DNA of 63,889 bases, filler included, from Octopus bimaculoides (GCF_001194135.2; 5 parts of 4 records of this genome joined end to end with filler, not necessarily neighbours in it), one strand, 5' to 3'; numbered from the whole stretch's first letter, positions 27,060-36,520 are shown. The notes: generated from the letters alone by a model not told the origin. Program-made: numbers and translations.

Positions 27060-27235
27060 AACTACAGACAACGGAACGAACATATAGGAAAACGGAAAGC
27101 CACTTGGAATATCCCTTCATCAGCTGTCTCTATTCTATCTAGACGCTTCGAAGATAAGACAGAACGTACTCTAGAATAGTCTCTTCCTGAGTAGTGGATC
27201 AACCCACTACACAGAGGATTCCAAGGTGGCAAACA
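27060..27235 (-). mobile_element. Possible Penelope-like repeat with permuted hammerhead-like words
   Basis: Minus strand has CGAAGCGTC...CTGATGAAGGG; the stems are imperfect. Confidence 0.3.
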
Positions 27236-28954
27236 NNNNNNNNNNNNNNNNNNNNNNNNNNNNNNNNNNNNNNNNNNNNNNNNNNNNNNNNNNNNNNNNN
27301 NNNNNNNNNNNNNNNNNNNNNNNNNNNNNNNNNNNNNNNNNNNNNNNNNNNNNNNNNNNNNNNNNNNNNNNNNNNNNNNNNNNNNNNNNNNNNNNNNNNN
27401 NNNNNNNNNNNNNNNNNNNNNNNNNNNNNNNNNNNNNNNNNNNNNNNNNNNNNNNNNNNNNNNNNNNNNNNNNNNNNNNNNNNNNNNNNNNNNNNNNNNN
27501 NNNNNNNNNNNNNNNNNNNNNNNNNNNNNNNNNNNNNNNNNNNNNNNNNNNNNNNNNNNNNNNNNNNNNNNNNNNNNNNNNNNNNNNNNNNNNNNNNNNN
27601 NNNNNNNNNNNNNNNNNNNNNNNNNNNNNNNNNNNNNNNNNNNNNNNNNNNNNNNNNNNNNNNNNNNNNNNNNNNNNNNNNNNNNNNNNNNNNNNNNNNN
27701 NNNNNNNNNNNNNNNNNNNNNNNNNNNNNNNNNNNNNNNNNNNNNNNNNNNNNNNNNNNNNNNNNNNNNNNNNNNNNNNNNNNNNNNNNNNNNNNNNNNN
27801 NNNNNNNNNNNNNNNNNNNNNNNNNNNNNNNNNNNNNNNNNNNNNNNNNNNNNNNNNNNNNNNNNNNNNNNNNNNNNNNNNNNNNNNNNNNNNNNNNNNN
27901 NNNNNNNNNNNNNNNNNNNNNNNNNNNNNNNNNNNNNNNNNNNNNNNNNNNNNNNNNNNNNNNNNNNNNNNNNNNNNNNNNNNNNNNNNNNNNNNNNNNN
28001 NNNNNNNNNNNNNNNNNNNNNNNNNNNNNNNNNNNNNNNNNNNNNNNNNNNNNNNNNNNNNNNNNNNNNNNNNNNNNNNNNNNNNNNNNNNNNNNNNNNN
28101 NNNNNNNNNAATTGCAGTTTCGAAGATATTTGTTAGCCATTCAAGGAAAACAAAAAAAAAAACCCGTTAGATTCACTTCAACATTTAATATTAAAAAAAC
28201 AATTGCATATAAGAACACACAAAATACCGTTAGACTCACTTCAACATTCAAATTTAATTTATGCCAAAATATTTTCGTCGCTCTGAAACCACAACCTGTT
28301 CACTGACAAAACTTTGTGTTGCATCTGCAAGTTCTGAAATCTCTAAGAGATCAACGCAGTAGTTCGAAACCAGGATTGGTCTACTGGTTTCGGCGCTAGG
28401 AGATGGTAGGGTTCGCTCCCTTGCAATTTTATCGGATGCAAACCGTCAAATAGATCTCGAACACCTTGTAAGACAGATTACGGTGATTCTAGCAACTAGC
28501 AAGTCTACCCATCTACGGTGGAGGAATGAAGGAGGGAAGTCATAACAGCAGCATGTATTGAGAAATATGTAAATGGACTTGAAAGATCACTGGGTGATAT
28601 CTTAGAGAAATCACATTATTGTTGGCGATACAGCATTTTGTCGCAGCTATATGACGTGTTTGCGATTAAGTGACATGTGTTGATGACCGACATATCATCA
28701 ACTAAGTGACGTGTTGATGATGACCGATTCACTCCCAAACTGAAATAGGCTCCCAGTCTCTGTATCATGAACGAAAGCCAGAGCTTCCTGCGACAACTAC
28801 ATAAAATGTATTAAGAAAAAAATGTTATTTAGATATACTTTTATTTTAGTTGTTTACACTATTTTACGCTTGTTCATACTTTTATACAAAGTTCCTTATT
28901 TGAATTATGACTCATATTCCTTTCGATAATATCAATATGATCACAGAACTTTGC

Positions 28955-29100
28955 AGGCGATATTTTCTGTTTGGTCGTCACTAATTTTCAAATTACTAGA
29001 GTCCGCTGCTCTACTCATAGCGCCGTATAACTGGCCGTGTGTAGAAATACACCTACACGATCTAATATCTGGTTCTGTGCCTTCTTTGGTGTGAATGCGC
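28955..29100 (-). mobile_element. Second Helitron helicase C-terminal remnant
   Basis: AFTPKKAQNQILDRVGVFL followed by THGQLYGAMSR (29010-29042), matching NKAQGQTLDRVG..FSHGQLYVAMSR. Confidence 0.7.
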
Positions 29101-29339
29101 GAGCAGAATCATTAGGGTTGCAAAAAATCAGACTAAGGCTTACTTCTCACTCTTCTATGCGAATAATGTCAGGATGTTCTGGTACCATGGGTTATTTTGA
29201 TTGACAAAACTGAGATGTAAATAACACCGCTTCAATTGGCCGTTTCGAATCTTGCTCGAGACTGACACACTTCAATAACCACTAAATAATCACACACACT
29301 ATATACTGACATACACTTTTTCCATTTTATTAATAGTAT

Positions 29340-29960
29340 CAACCGTCCTCGACCCCCCCCCCCCCTTTGTATCTACGGTGGGGACACGAACTATACAATG
29401 AAAATCCAGAGTTACTGGTTATCGATGAATTTTTAATAAAAATGCGAAGGTGGTTTATAATTTCAAAAATCGATATCCACGAAATAATCATACTTTCTGA
29501 TTTTTTAATACTAAAAACCTTCCCGACGACCGTCTCGTAATCCCGAAAAATATCGTAACCACTGGTCCAGTAGGTCTGGCCGTGAAAAGTGAACAGACAA
29601 AGAGACGGACTTAACGCCCATTATAGTAAGATAGCAAATCTGCCCATCTACGGTGGGAAATAAAGGGATAGTATCGCAAATCTAAGCCCTCTAAATTCAC
29701 GAACTATAACGGTGGGGAAATCCAGAGTTTATCCTCGTCACCGGAATTTTAACAAAAAAAAAAAAAAGAAAAGCATCAAAGGTGATTTATTAATACAAAA
29801 CTCAATTTCCATTAAATAATCATTCTTTTTCACATTTTTTCGCTGCAAACTTTCCTGATTGCCTCCTTCGTACTCCCGAAAAACACTGTGACCGCTGGTC
29901 CAGCCGTTTGACCATGAAGAGGAAACAGACAGACGGACATAACGCCCATTATAGCAAGAT
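29340..29960 (+). mobile_element. Head-to-tail pair of about 300-bp non-autonomous elements, probably Helitron-derived
   Basis: Two units (ending 29632 and 29960) share ATCTACGGTGGG, CACGAACTATA, AAATCCAGAGTT, CTGGTCCAG and the terminal ACAGAC..GACGGAC.TAACGCCCATTATAG.AAGAT. Confidence 0.55.
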
Positions 29961-30340
29961 TTATTATTTATTCTGCTCTCTGATGAACACCTCTTACCGT
30001 CATTTGATTGCTTTTGAACTCACTGGTGTTTATATGGCAACAATGACTGCATGTCTTTTCATTTCTAGTTTTAGCATTTTATCTGCTGTGATGGCACTAA
30101 AAGACAAACATCTTTTAAGTGGTTTAAAGAGAGTGCAAATGTGCTTTCAAATACCACTCGTACCCTGTATGTTACAAGGACATGTGCATGTTTATGGTTA
30201 AGTCATATGCCTTCCACGCGCACGTGTGTGCGTGCGTACACGGACATACACACACTCTAACATATACACAAACACACACACACACACGCGTGCGTCTTTG
30301 AGTGTAAATCAATGTGTTGTGGTAGCATGAATTGGCTTGG

Positions 30341-30498
30341 AGATAATGTTGTGATGACATTTTCAGACAATTGCTTATGATGTGGGTGATATCTTTGGTG
30401 TTAACTCCACAAAACTGGTGCTGCACTTGTGGAGTTAACACCAAAGATATCACCCACATCATAAGCAATTGTCTGAAAATGTCATCACAACATTATCT
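30341..30498. repeat. Perfect 72-bp inverted repeat with 14-nt loop
   Basis: 30341-30412 is the exact reverse complement of 30427-30498, checked base by base. Both strands therefore give an ORF starting MLMMWVISLVLTPQ. Confidence 0.95.
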
Positions 30499-31150
30499 AC
30501 CAATGAGACACGATGTTGTAGCTACAACACTGTATAATGAGATCTGTCAGAAGGATAACTTTGAGGCCAAAGAAATAAGAACCCACAGTATGGTGGAAGC
30601 CATAGCTGCTCATAATAAAAAGGAACACTGGTGGAATGTGCCAGGGAAGACCTCAACAAAATGTAAACATAATAGACCTGACATAATGATTTGGAATAGA
30701 GAAGAGAAACTGTGTACAGTTGTGGAAATCAGCTGCCCTGCTGATGTTAACATAAAGCTAAAGATCAGTGAAAAAGAAAAATATGCTGAATTATTAAGAA
30801 ATCTACAGTTACTCTATCCAGATTACAAGTCCAGAAAGGAGAAAGCTAATTCTAAGACTACAGATTCAAGCCATCACTGGAACTGTAAAAAATTTGTATA
30901 ACTTTCCAGAAGTTTATCATTTAAGTACATAAGTGTATGTCTAAACATGCAACTATATGCATGAGAATACATACATAAAACAAAACATACAAATCTACAC
31001 ATGCACTGATTCCAAATACTGCACATATACATACATACACAAATACCCTGTTGATGTTGTTGAAACTCCAGCGAAGGAGCCTTGGATCTAGGTTAAAAAC
31101 CAGCTCTTTCACTATTAGCAAGAAATCTTGAAATAAAACTAAATAGTAAC
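30413..31150 (+). mobile_element. 5'-truncated RLE-type non-LTR retrotransposon (R2/R4/NeSL/HERO group)
   Basis: CCTCGVNTKDITHIISNC (CX2CX8HX4C knuckle), RHD motif, RPD...VVEISCP-D-N...K...KY endonuclease motif. After an internal deletion the C-terminus RRKLILRLQIQAITGTVKICITFQKFII* ends at 30924. The 3' UTR runs into CATA/CAGA repeats. Confidence 0.85.
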
Positions 31151-31269
31151 ATGCATACATACAGACAGACATGCATTTGAAACTCAAACTAGCTTACCTG
31201 GTAATGTCGGGCCCTTGGATTAAAATGTGTTGGTGTATCCTGATAGACATGCTTCAATATTTATCAATC

Positions 31270-31900
31270 ATTTTCTAAGTGGGGAAGTTCATAAGGACAA
31301 GGACTAAGAAAGAATATTATGAGGAAAACAAACTGTGGCAGTCAACAAAAAAGGTATTCAATTCTTTTGAATTTGAAAACCCTAACATTAAAGCTAAAAT
31401 TATCTCTGTTAAAAGGAAATTCCCATCAGAGAAATTTATTCATTTGCAAATGATATTAAACAGAAAGGTGAAGACTATGAAATTTGAAATTTACAAAACA
31501 GTTTAACCAGAGATAGGATCGTATGTGGAATGAAAAACAAAGATATTCAAAAGCTACTGCTTCAGGGTGCAGAATTAATGTTAAAAAAAAAAAAGCAGTA
31601 GATAAATGTAGAGTTAATATAAGTGCTACACCAGTAAAAAGCATCATGGAAGAATCTTTAGCGTCAGCTGGGATACAAAACAAATATCAACAAACAAGAT
31701 AAAACAAGCCAGGACAGTTTAAAAGCACATCATTAAAAGCTCAAAGAAAAAGCCTAAGAAATAGCTGCATCCATTCGTGTGGAAAATGAGTTGCATTCAC
31801 CCACCTAAAATAATGCTATGCCTACGGAAAATATGCATAAAATGCAGACACCGAATCATTTTGCCAATGTGTGCCACTCTAAACAATCACAGGAGATGTC
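31270..31900 (+). mobile_element. Degenerate Ty3/Gypsy-type gag remnant
   Basis: LTRDRIVCGMKNKDIQKLLLQGAELML..KAVDKCR (RDRIVCG at 31509-31529) and a frameshifted CX2CX4HX4C knuckle C-I-K-C...NHFANVC at 31834-31874. Confidence 0.7.
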
Positions 31901-31928
31901 AGGAATATGTATATAGGAAAACAATCCT

Positions 31929-32153
31929 TCATCATCATCATCATCATCATCATTTAACGTCTGCTTTCCATGCTAGCATGGGTTGGACGATTTGACTGAG
32001 GACTGGTGAAACCGGATGGCAACACTAGCCTCCAATCTGATTTGGCAGAGTTTCTACAGCTGGATGCCCTTCCTAACGCCAACCACTCAGAGAGTGTAGT
32101 GGGTGCTTTTACTTGTCACCCACACGAAGGCCAGACAGGTGGTACTGGCACAC
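31929..32153 (-). mobile_element. RTE-type 3' tail (GAT-repeat end)
   Basis: Reverse complement of GGTTGGCGTTAGGAAGGGCATCCAGCTGTAGAAAC...CGTCCAACCCATGCTAGCATGGAAAGCAGACGTTAAA(TGA)n; homologous to the 3' UTR of the RTE fragment at 33040. Confidence 0.75.
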
Positions 32154-32427
32154 ACTGGAAATAAATGCAGTAATATTTGACAGGACACAAGCCGTCATAG
32201 TAGAAGATAAACAGAGCATTGACTTCAAACTTGTTACTGCAGCACAAGCAAATATCATTCCAAACAGCAGACTATGTTCATTTTGTACAGGACTACAACA
32301 GCAAATTAATGTCCAGCTGAAAAAATAGTCAGTACACCATCCAGCCAGATGGTCAAATTGAACAACAAAGTTATGAAACATATTTCAATTTCATTCTGAA
32401 AGTATCACCTTTCCAAAGAGAAAAGGT

Positions 32428-32577
32428 ATATAAAGTGGTTGGTGTTAGGAAGGGCATCCAGCCATAGAAACCATACCAGAAGGACATGGAACCTGAACAG
32501 CCCTTCAATTGTTCAGCTTTGTCAAACCATCCAACCCATGCCAGCAGGGAAAACAGATGTTAAATGATGATGATGAT
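32428..32577 (+). mobile_element. RTE-type 3' tail
   Basis: AGGAAGGGCATCCAGCCATAGAAAC...CCATCCAACCCATGCCAGCA...GTTAAATGATGATGAT. Confidence 0.75.
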
Positions 32578-33039
32578 TTGTGTATTTTTATGGATTGTCT
32601 AGAAACATTTTCCTTAAGTCTTTTTTGAAGTTTGTGAAGTTCATTAAGCTTTAGAAAATTTTTCTTTAAGTGGTTTTTTGATCCTTCTTAAGAAAAAAAA
32701 TTTCTAAACATTTCTAAAAACAAAATTTCTATAAAAATTATTTTTCACCTTTTCTTGTACTGTTCTAACTTGATTTTAACTTCTTTCTTTTAACTTCCCT
32801 TAATCTATTCATTTACAGTATTTCACCTTTTCCTTTACCTTCTTAATCTCTCCATCTAACAGCATCACCCTGTTGTCTCTCCATATTATTTATAATATAA
32901 TGACTGAACAGTAATATTATCACTGCTATATGGTAATAAATTTCTCAGAAATTTCATCAAAATGTCATATAAATCAGTAGTACTTTTTCTTCTATCTGGA
33001 AAAATAAGTGAACTAAAAATAGCAAAAGTGAAATTAAAT

Positions 33040-33552
33040 GCAGAGTGCAAGACAGAAGAAAGCGCTGGTTTGCTCACGTGATGTGGATGGATGCCGACAG
33101 CTCCATAAAGAAGTGCCAATCTTTCAAAGTGGATGGAACTCATGGAAGAGAGAGACCCAGGAAGACATGGGGTGATGTACTGAAGGAAACCTAAGGATGC
33201 TGAACCTTTCAGATGAGATGGCAAAGGATCAAGATACCTGGTGCCTTGCTGTACTCAAGAAGACCCATCCTCCACAGCAGAAGTGTTAAGACTGCATCTC
33301 CTGAAGAGGACTGGCCAGCAAGTGGGCTGGTACCTCATAAAAAAAACCACATGTGCTAGCACCATGTAAAAGTGCTTGTGCCAGTGCCATGATAAAAGCA
33401 CCCAGCATACACTATAAAGTGGTTGACATTAGGAAGGGCATCCAGATGTAGAAATCAAACCAAATCAAACTCGAACCTGGGGCAGCTCTCCAGCTTGTCA
33501 ACTCTGGTCAAACCGTCCAACCCATACCAGCATGAAAAATGGATGTTATAGG
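33040..33552 (+). mobile_element. RTE-clade LINE 3' fragment (ORF2 C-terminus plus 3' UTR)
   Basis: VQDRRKRWFAHVMWMDADSSIKKCQSFKVDGTHGRERPRKTWGDVLK matches the RTE RLRWFGHV...GRPRKTW motif; the family 3' UTR follows. Confidence 0.85.
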
Positions 33553-33564
33553 ATATAACATATC

Positions 33565-33742
33565 AGGTGCAGGCATGGGTGTGTGGTAAGATGCTTGCTT
33601 CCTAATCACTTGGTTCCAGGTTCAGTCTCACTGTGTGGCACCTTGGACAAGTATCTTCTGCTATAGACTCAAGTCGACCAAAGCCTTGTGAGTGGATTTG
33701 GTAGACAGAAACTGAAAGAGGCCCATCACATATGTGTGTGTG

Positions 33743-33773
<31 letters not shown>

Positions 33774-33990
33774 CTTTGTGTCTGTTTGTCCCCCACCACT
33801 GCCTGAAAACTGGTACTGGTGTGTTTAACTCCCCATAACTTAGCAGTTTGGTAAAACAAACTGACAGAATAAGCACCAGACTTGGAGAGAAAAAAGTACT
33901 GGGGTCAATTCTTTTGACTAAAAATTCTCCAAGGTGGTGCCCCAGCATGGTCGCAGTCTAATGAGTGAAACAAGTAAAAGATAAGAAGAT
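33565..33990 (+). mobile_element. SINE family B, full length, CpG-decayed
   Basis: Complete head, body, (TG)n and tail; most family CpGs read TG or CA. Confidence 0.9.
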
Positions 33991-34141
33991 CAAAGATATC
34001 ATGTTAGAAGGTTGTACTTTCATCCTTGTTTCAATATGTTTATTGTTACATAAAACATTTCTTTCACAGAAGCCTTTTGACATTGATAGAATCACTCTTC
34101 TATACGTATGGAGATAAACATAGTTAATTGTCTGTTCAGAG

Positions 34142-34438
34142 CAATGCTGCTCAACCAGGGTCCAAGTAAGACTTCTGGGGGTCAACACAAGCAAAATAGC
34201 AAATTAGGGATTCACAGTAGTTCATTAAGGGTCCATGATAAAATTTTGCTTTAGATGTATTTATTACAAGAAGCAGTTAGGTTTCTTTCTCTGGTGTTTT
34301 ACATAGTTCAGCCTACACAAGTTAATGCATAAAAAACAAAACAGGATACTTGAAAGACGTTTCTATAAAACAAGTTTTTAAACATCGAATTGCTATGGGG
34401 GTCCACCAGAATAAAATAGTAATCAAAGGAGTCCATAG
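34142..34438 (+). mobile_element. hAT-like MITE fragment forming the ZNF 3' UTR
   Basis: Starts CAATGCTGCTCAACCAGGGTCC, resembling CAGTGNTTCTCAACC-type hAT termini, with recurrent GGGTCCA motifs. The far terminus is not seen. Confidence 0.45.
34260..34265 (-). terminator. Candidate polyadenylation signal AATAAA for ZNF
   Basis: AATAAA about 200 nt after the stop, inside the MITE-like element; a second one lies at 34039-34044. Confidence 0.4.
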
Positions 34439-34462
34439 AAATGATTTATCACAGACATCACA
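34439..34462 (-). pseudogene. Out-of-frame remnant of a ninth zinc finger
   Basis: Past the stop, the shifted frame reads (H)[14 protein letters not shown], a linker plus the two-Cys half of a finger. Confidence 0.75.
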
Positions 34463-34463
34463 G

Positions 34464-35237
34464 TTAAGTGGGTTTCCTGTCATGAATGCCTTTGTGCTTA
34501 ATTAAATCATTGTTTCGAGAAAAACATTTATTACAAATATCACATTGATAGGGTTTCTCTCCTGTATGAATGAGTTTGTGTTTAGTTAAATTACCTATTT
34601 GTGAGAATGATTTTCCACAGATATCACAGTCATGTGGCTTCTCTCCTGTGTGAATGCGTATGTGCTTAGTTAATGTACTTCCATCAGAAAATGATTTACC
34701 ACAGATATCGCAGCGATATGGTTTTTCTCCTGTATGAATACGTTTGTGTTTAATTAAGGTACTTCCTTCAGAGAATGATTTACCACAGATATTACAGTGA
34801 TAAGGTTTCTCTCCTGTATGAATGTTTTTGTGAGTAGCCAAGTGATCATTTCGAGAAAATGATTTACCACAAATATCACAATGATATGGTTTCTCTCCTG
34901 TATGAGTATGTTTGTGTATATTTAAGTGATCATTTCGAGAGAATGATTTGCCACAGATATCACAGCGATATTGTTTCTCTCCTGTATGGATGCGTTTGTG
35001 TTTAGTTAAGTCATGATTTTGAGAGAATGACTTACCACAAATATCACAATGATATGGTTTCTCTCCTGTATGTGTACGTTTATGAGTAGTGAGGGTACGT
35101 TTTCGAGAGAAGCACTTTTTACAGATATCACAGTAGTATAATACTTTACCTGCATCTTTTGACATCTCCTCTGTATAGTCAATCTTTTTAGACTGTGTCT
35201 TACGTTTAGCACCGTCCTCACCCAATTTGTTTTCCAT
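34464..35237 (-). CDS. C2H2 zinc-finger protein, 257 aa, 8 tandem fingers, no recognisable effector domain
   Basis: Eight C-x2-C-x12-H-x3-H repeats joined by TGEKP-type linkers, intact frame, ATG with A at -3 and G at +4, TAA stop at 34464-34466. Short basic/acidic N-terminus of about 33 aa. Confidence 0.95.
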   Translation of the reverse strand: MENKLGEDGAKRKTQSKKIDYTEEMSKDAGKVLYYCDICKKCFSRKRTLTTHKRTHTGEKPYHCDICGKSFSQNHDLTKHKRIHTGEKQYRCDICGKSFSRNDHLNIHKHTHTGEKPYHCDICGKSFSRNDHLATHKNIHTGEKPYHCNICGKSFSEGSTLIKHKRIHTGEKPYRCDICGKSFSDGSTLTKHIRIHTGEKPHDCDICGKSFSQIGNLTKHKLIHTGEKPYQCDICNKCFSRNNDLIKHKGIHDRKPT

Positions 35238-35542
35238 AATTTCTCACAATATACAGGCTTTTCTTTGTTAGTCAAACAAATATAAATTCAACTATGTATC
35301 ATCAATTCTAAAGTCATTCAATGTATGAAGAACTTGCATATCCTTTCGTAGTCCTTGTATAATTAGAATGCAGGATCATCCAAACATTAATGAACGGAAA
35401 TATTGCTCATTATCTCTGTGTTTGATCAAATATTTTAAAGTAATTCTATCATAATTCTACATGAACAAGGTTATATCTCTTTGGTGTAAATAACTTCCTT
35501 TAGTCTTTGAAAGATAATGGATATATGATGATTTGTTGAAAG

Positions 35543-35572
35543 TCAAAAATTATTCTTTAATTCTGATGTCAT
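35543..35572 (-). other. Upstream ORF (MTSELKNNF*) in the putative ZNF 5' UTR
   Basis: ATG 8 nt after the candidate acceptor, TGA at 35543-35545. Confidence 0.45.
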
Positions 35573-35580
35573 TTGGTTTC

Positions 35581-35600
35581 CTGGAATAAAAGAAAAACAG
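35581..35600 (-). promoter_or_regulatory. Candidate splice acceptor for the ZNF coding exon
   Basis: Minus strand reads TGTTTTTCTTTTATTCCAG|GAAACC, a polypyrimidine tract plus CAG, 343 nt upstream of the ATG. SINE copies begin just upstream, as expected for an intron. Confidence 0.6.
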
Positions 35601-35685
35601 TGTAAACAATAGCAGATACTTTTTTAAAAAATGAAGATTTAACAGTGGAAATTTGACATCTTTGATGATAATTATATTGATAAAT

Positions 35686-35887
35686 AAGGCAGTGAGCTGG
35701 CAGAAACATTAGCATGCTGGGCAAAATGCTTAGCGGTATTTCTGAGTTCAAATTCCACTGAGGTCGATTTTTACTTTCATCTTTTTGGGGTCAAAATAAG
35801 TACCAGTTGAGCACTGGGGTCATTGTAATTGACTTACCTGCCTCCCCCAAAATTGCTGGCCTTGTGCCAAAATTTGAAATCAATATT
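35686..35887 (+). mobile_element. SINE family D in putative ZNF intron, CpG-decayed
   Basis: AGGCAGTGAGCTGGCAGAAACATTAGCATGCTGGGCAAAATG..GAGTTCAAATTCCACTGAGG. Confidence 0.85.
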
Positions 35888-35898
35888 TATTCAGAATC

Positions 35899-36056
35899 AG
35901 GTGGTGAGTTGACAGAATCGTTAGCATGGTCTTCGGCAAAATTCTTAGTGGTATTTTGTATCTTTATATTCTGAGTTCAAATTCCACTGAGGTCACCTTT
36001 GCCTTTCATCCTTTCAGGGTTGATAAAATGAGTACCAGTCAAGAACTGGGGTCAAG
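35899..36056 (+). mobile_element. SINE family D in putative ZNF intron, CpG-decayed, cut by the join
   Basis: AGGTGGTGAGTTGACAGAATCG..GCCTTTCATCCTTTCAGGGTTGATAAAATGAGTACCAG. Confidence 0.85.
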
Positions 36057-36156
36057 NNNNNNNNNNNNNNNNNNNNNNNNNNNNNNNNNNNNNNNNNNNN
36101 TTAATTAATTAANNNNNNNNNNNNNNNNNNNNNNNNNNNNNNNNNNNNNNNNNNNN
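36057..36156. other. Assembly spacer N44-TTAATTAATTAA-N44
   Basis: 12-mer at 36101-36112. Confidence 0.95.
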
Positions 36157-36190
<34 letters not shown>

Positions 36191-36349
36191 GTATGTGTAC
36201 TTGTATGTATGTGTATTTATGTGTTTATGTATGTATGTGTGTATGTATGCATGTATGCATGCATGTGTGTATGCATGGATGTGTATGTATGCGTGTGCGT
36301 GTATGTGTGTATGTATGCATGCATGTATGTATGTATGTATGTGTGTATG

Positions 36350-36520
36350 TATGCATACGTTCCCGTACGTTCGTTTGCAAGGTAATTTCTCTCTACGTGC
36401 GATTGTATGTGTGAATATGTCGCCAAAATATTAACACGGAAGCAGATAACGGCAACCAATGAAATGATAAGTGAAGACTTTTCGTTCAGCGAGTGTGACT
36501 TGTTTCGCGCATTATATAAT
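36350..36520. promoter_or_regulatory. Candidate CpG-rich promoter or first exon region for ZNF
   Basis: Local CpG cluster containing CGGAAG (ETS-like), CCAAT and TTTCGCGC (E2F-like), just across the 36057-36156 join and upstream of the minus-strand gene. Motif presence only. Confidence 0.3.

Noticed and set aside
28365-28399. Hairpin plus CTAG as a Helitron 3' terminus
   Set aside because: Only 3 nt between stem and CTAG, and the next base is G rather than the expected T.
30172-30468. Two ORFs sharing the N-terminus MLMMWVISLVLTPQ, suggesting duplicated genes
   Set aside because: A consequence of the 72-bp palindrome; the peptide is antisense LINE sequence.
35006-35275. Overlapping 89-aa ORF starting with KEKPVYCEK
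   Set aside because: Non-ATG start and an alternative frame of the ZNF exon; the linker-like word alone is too weak to call a lost N-terminal finger.
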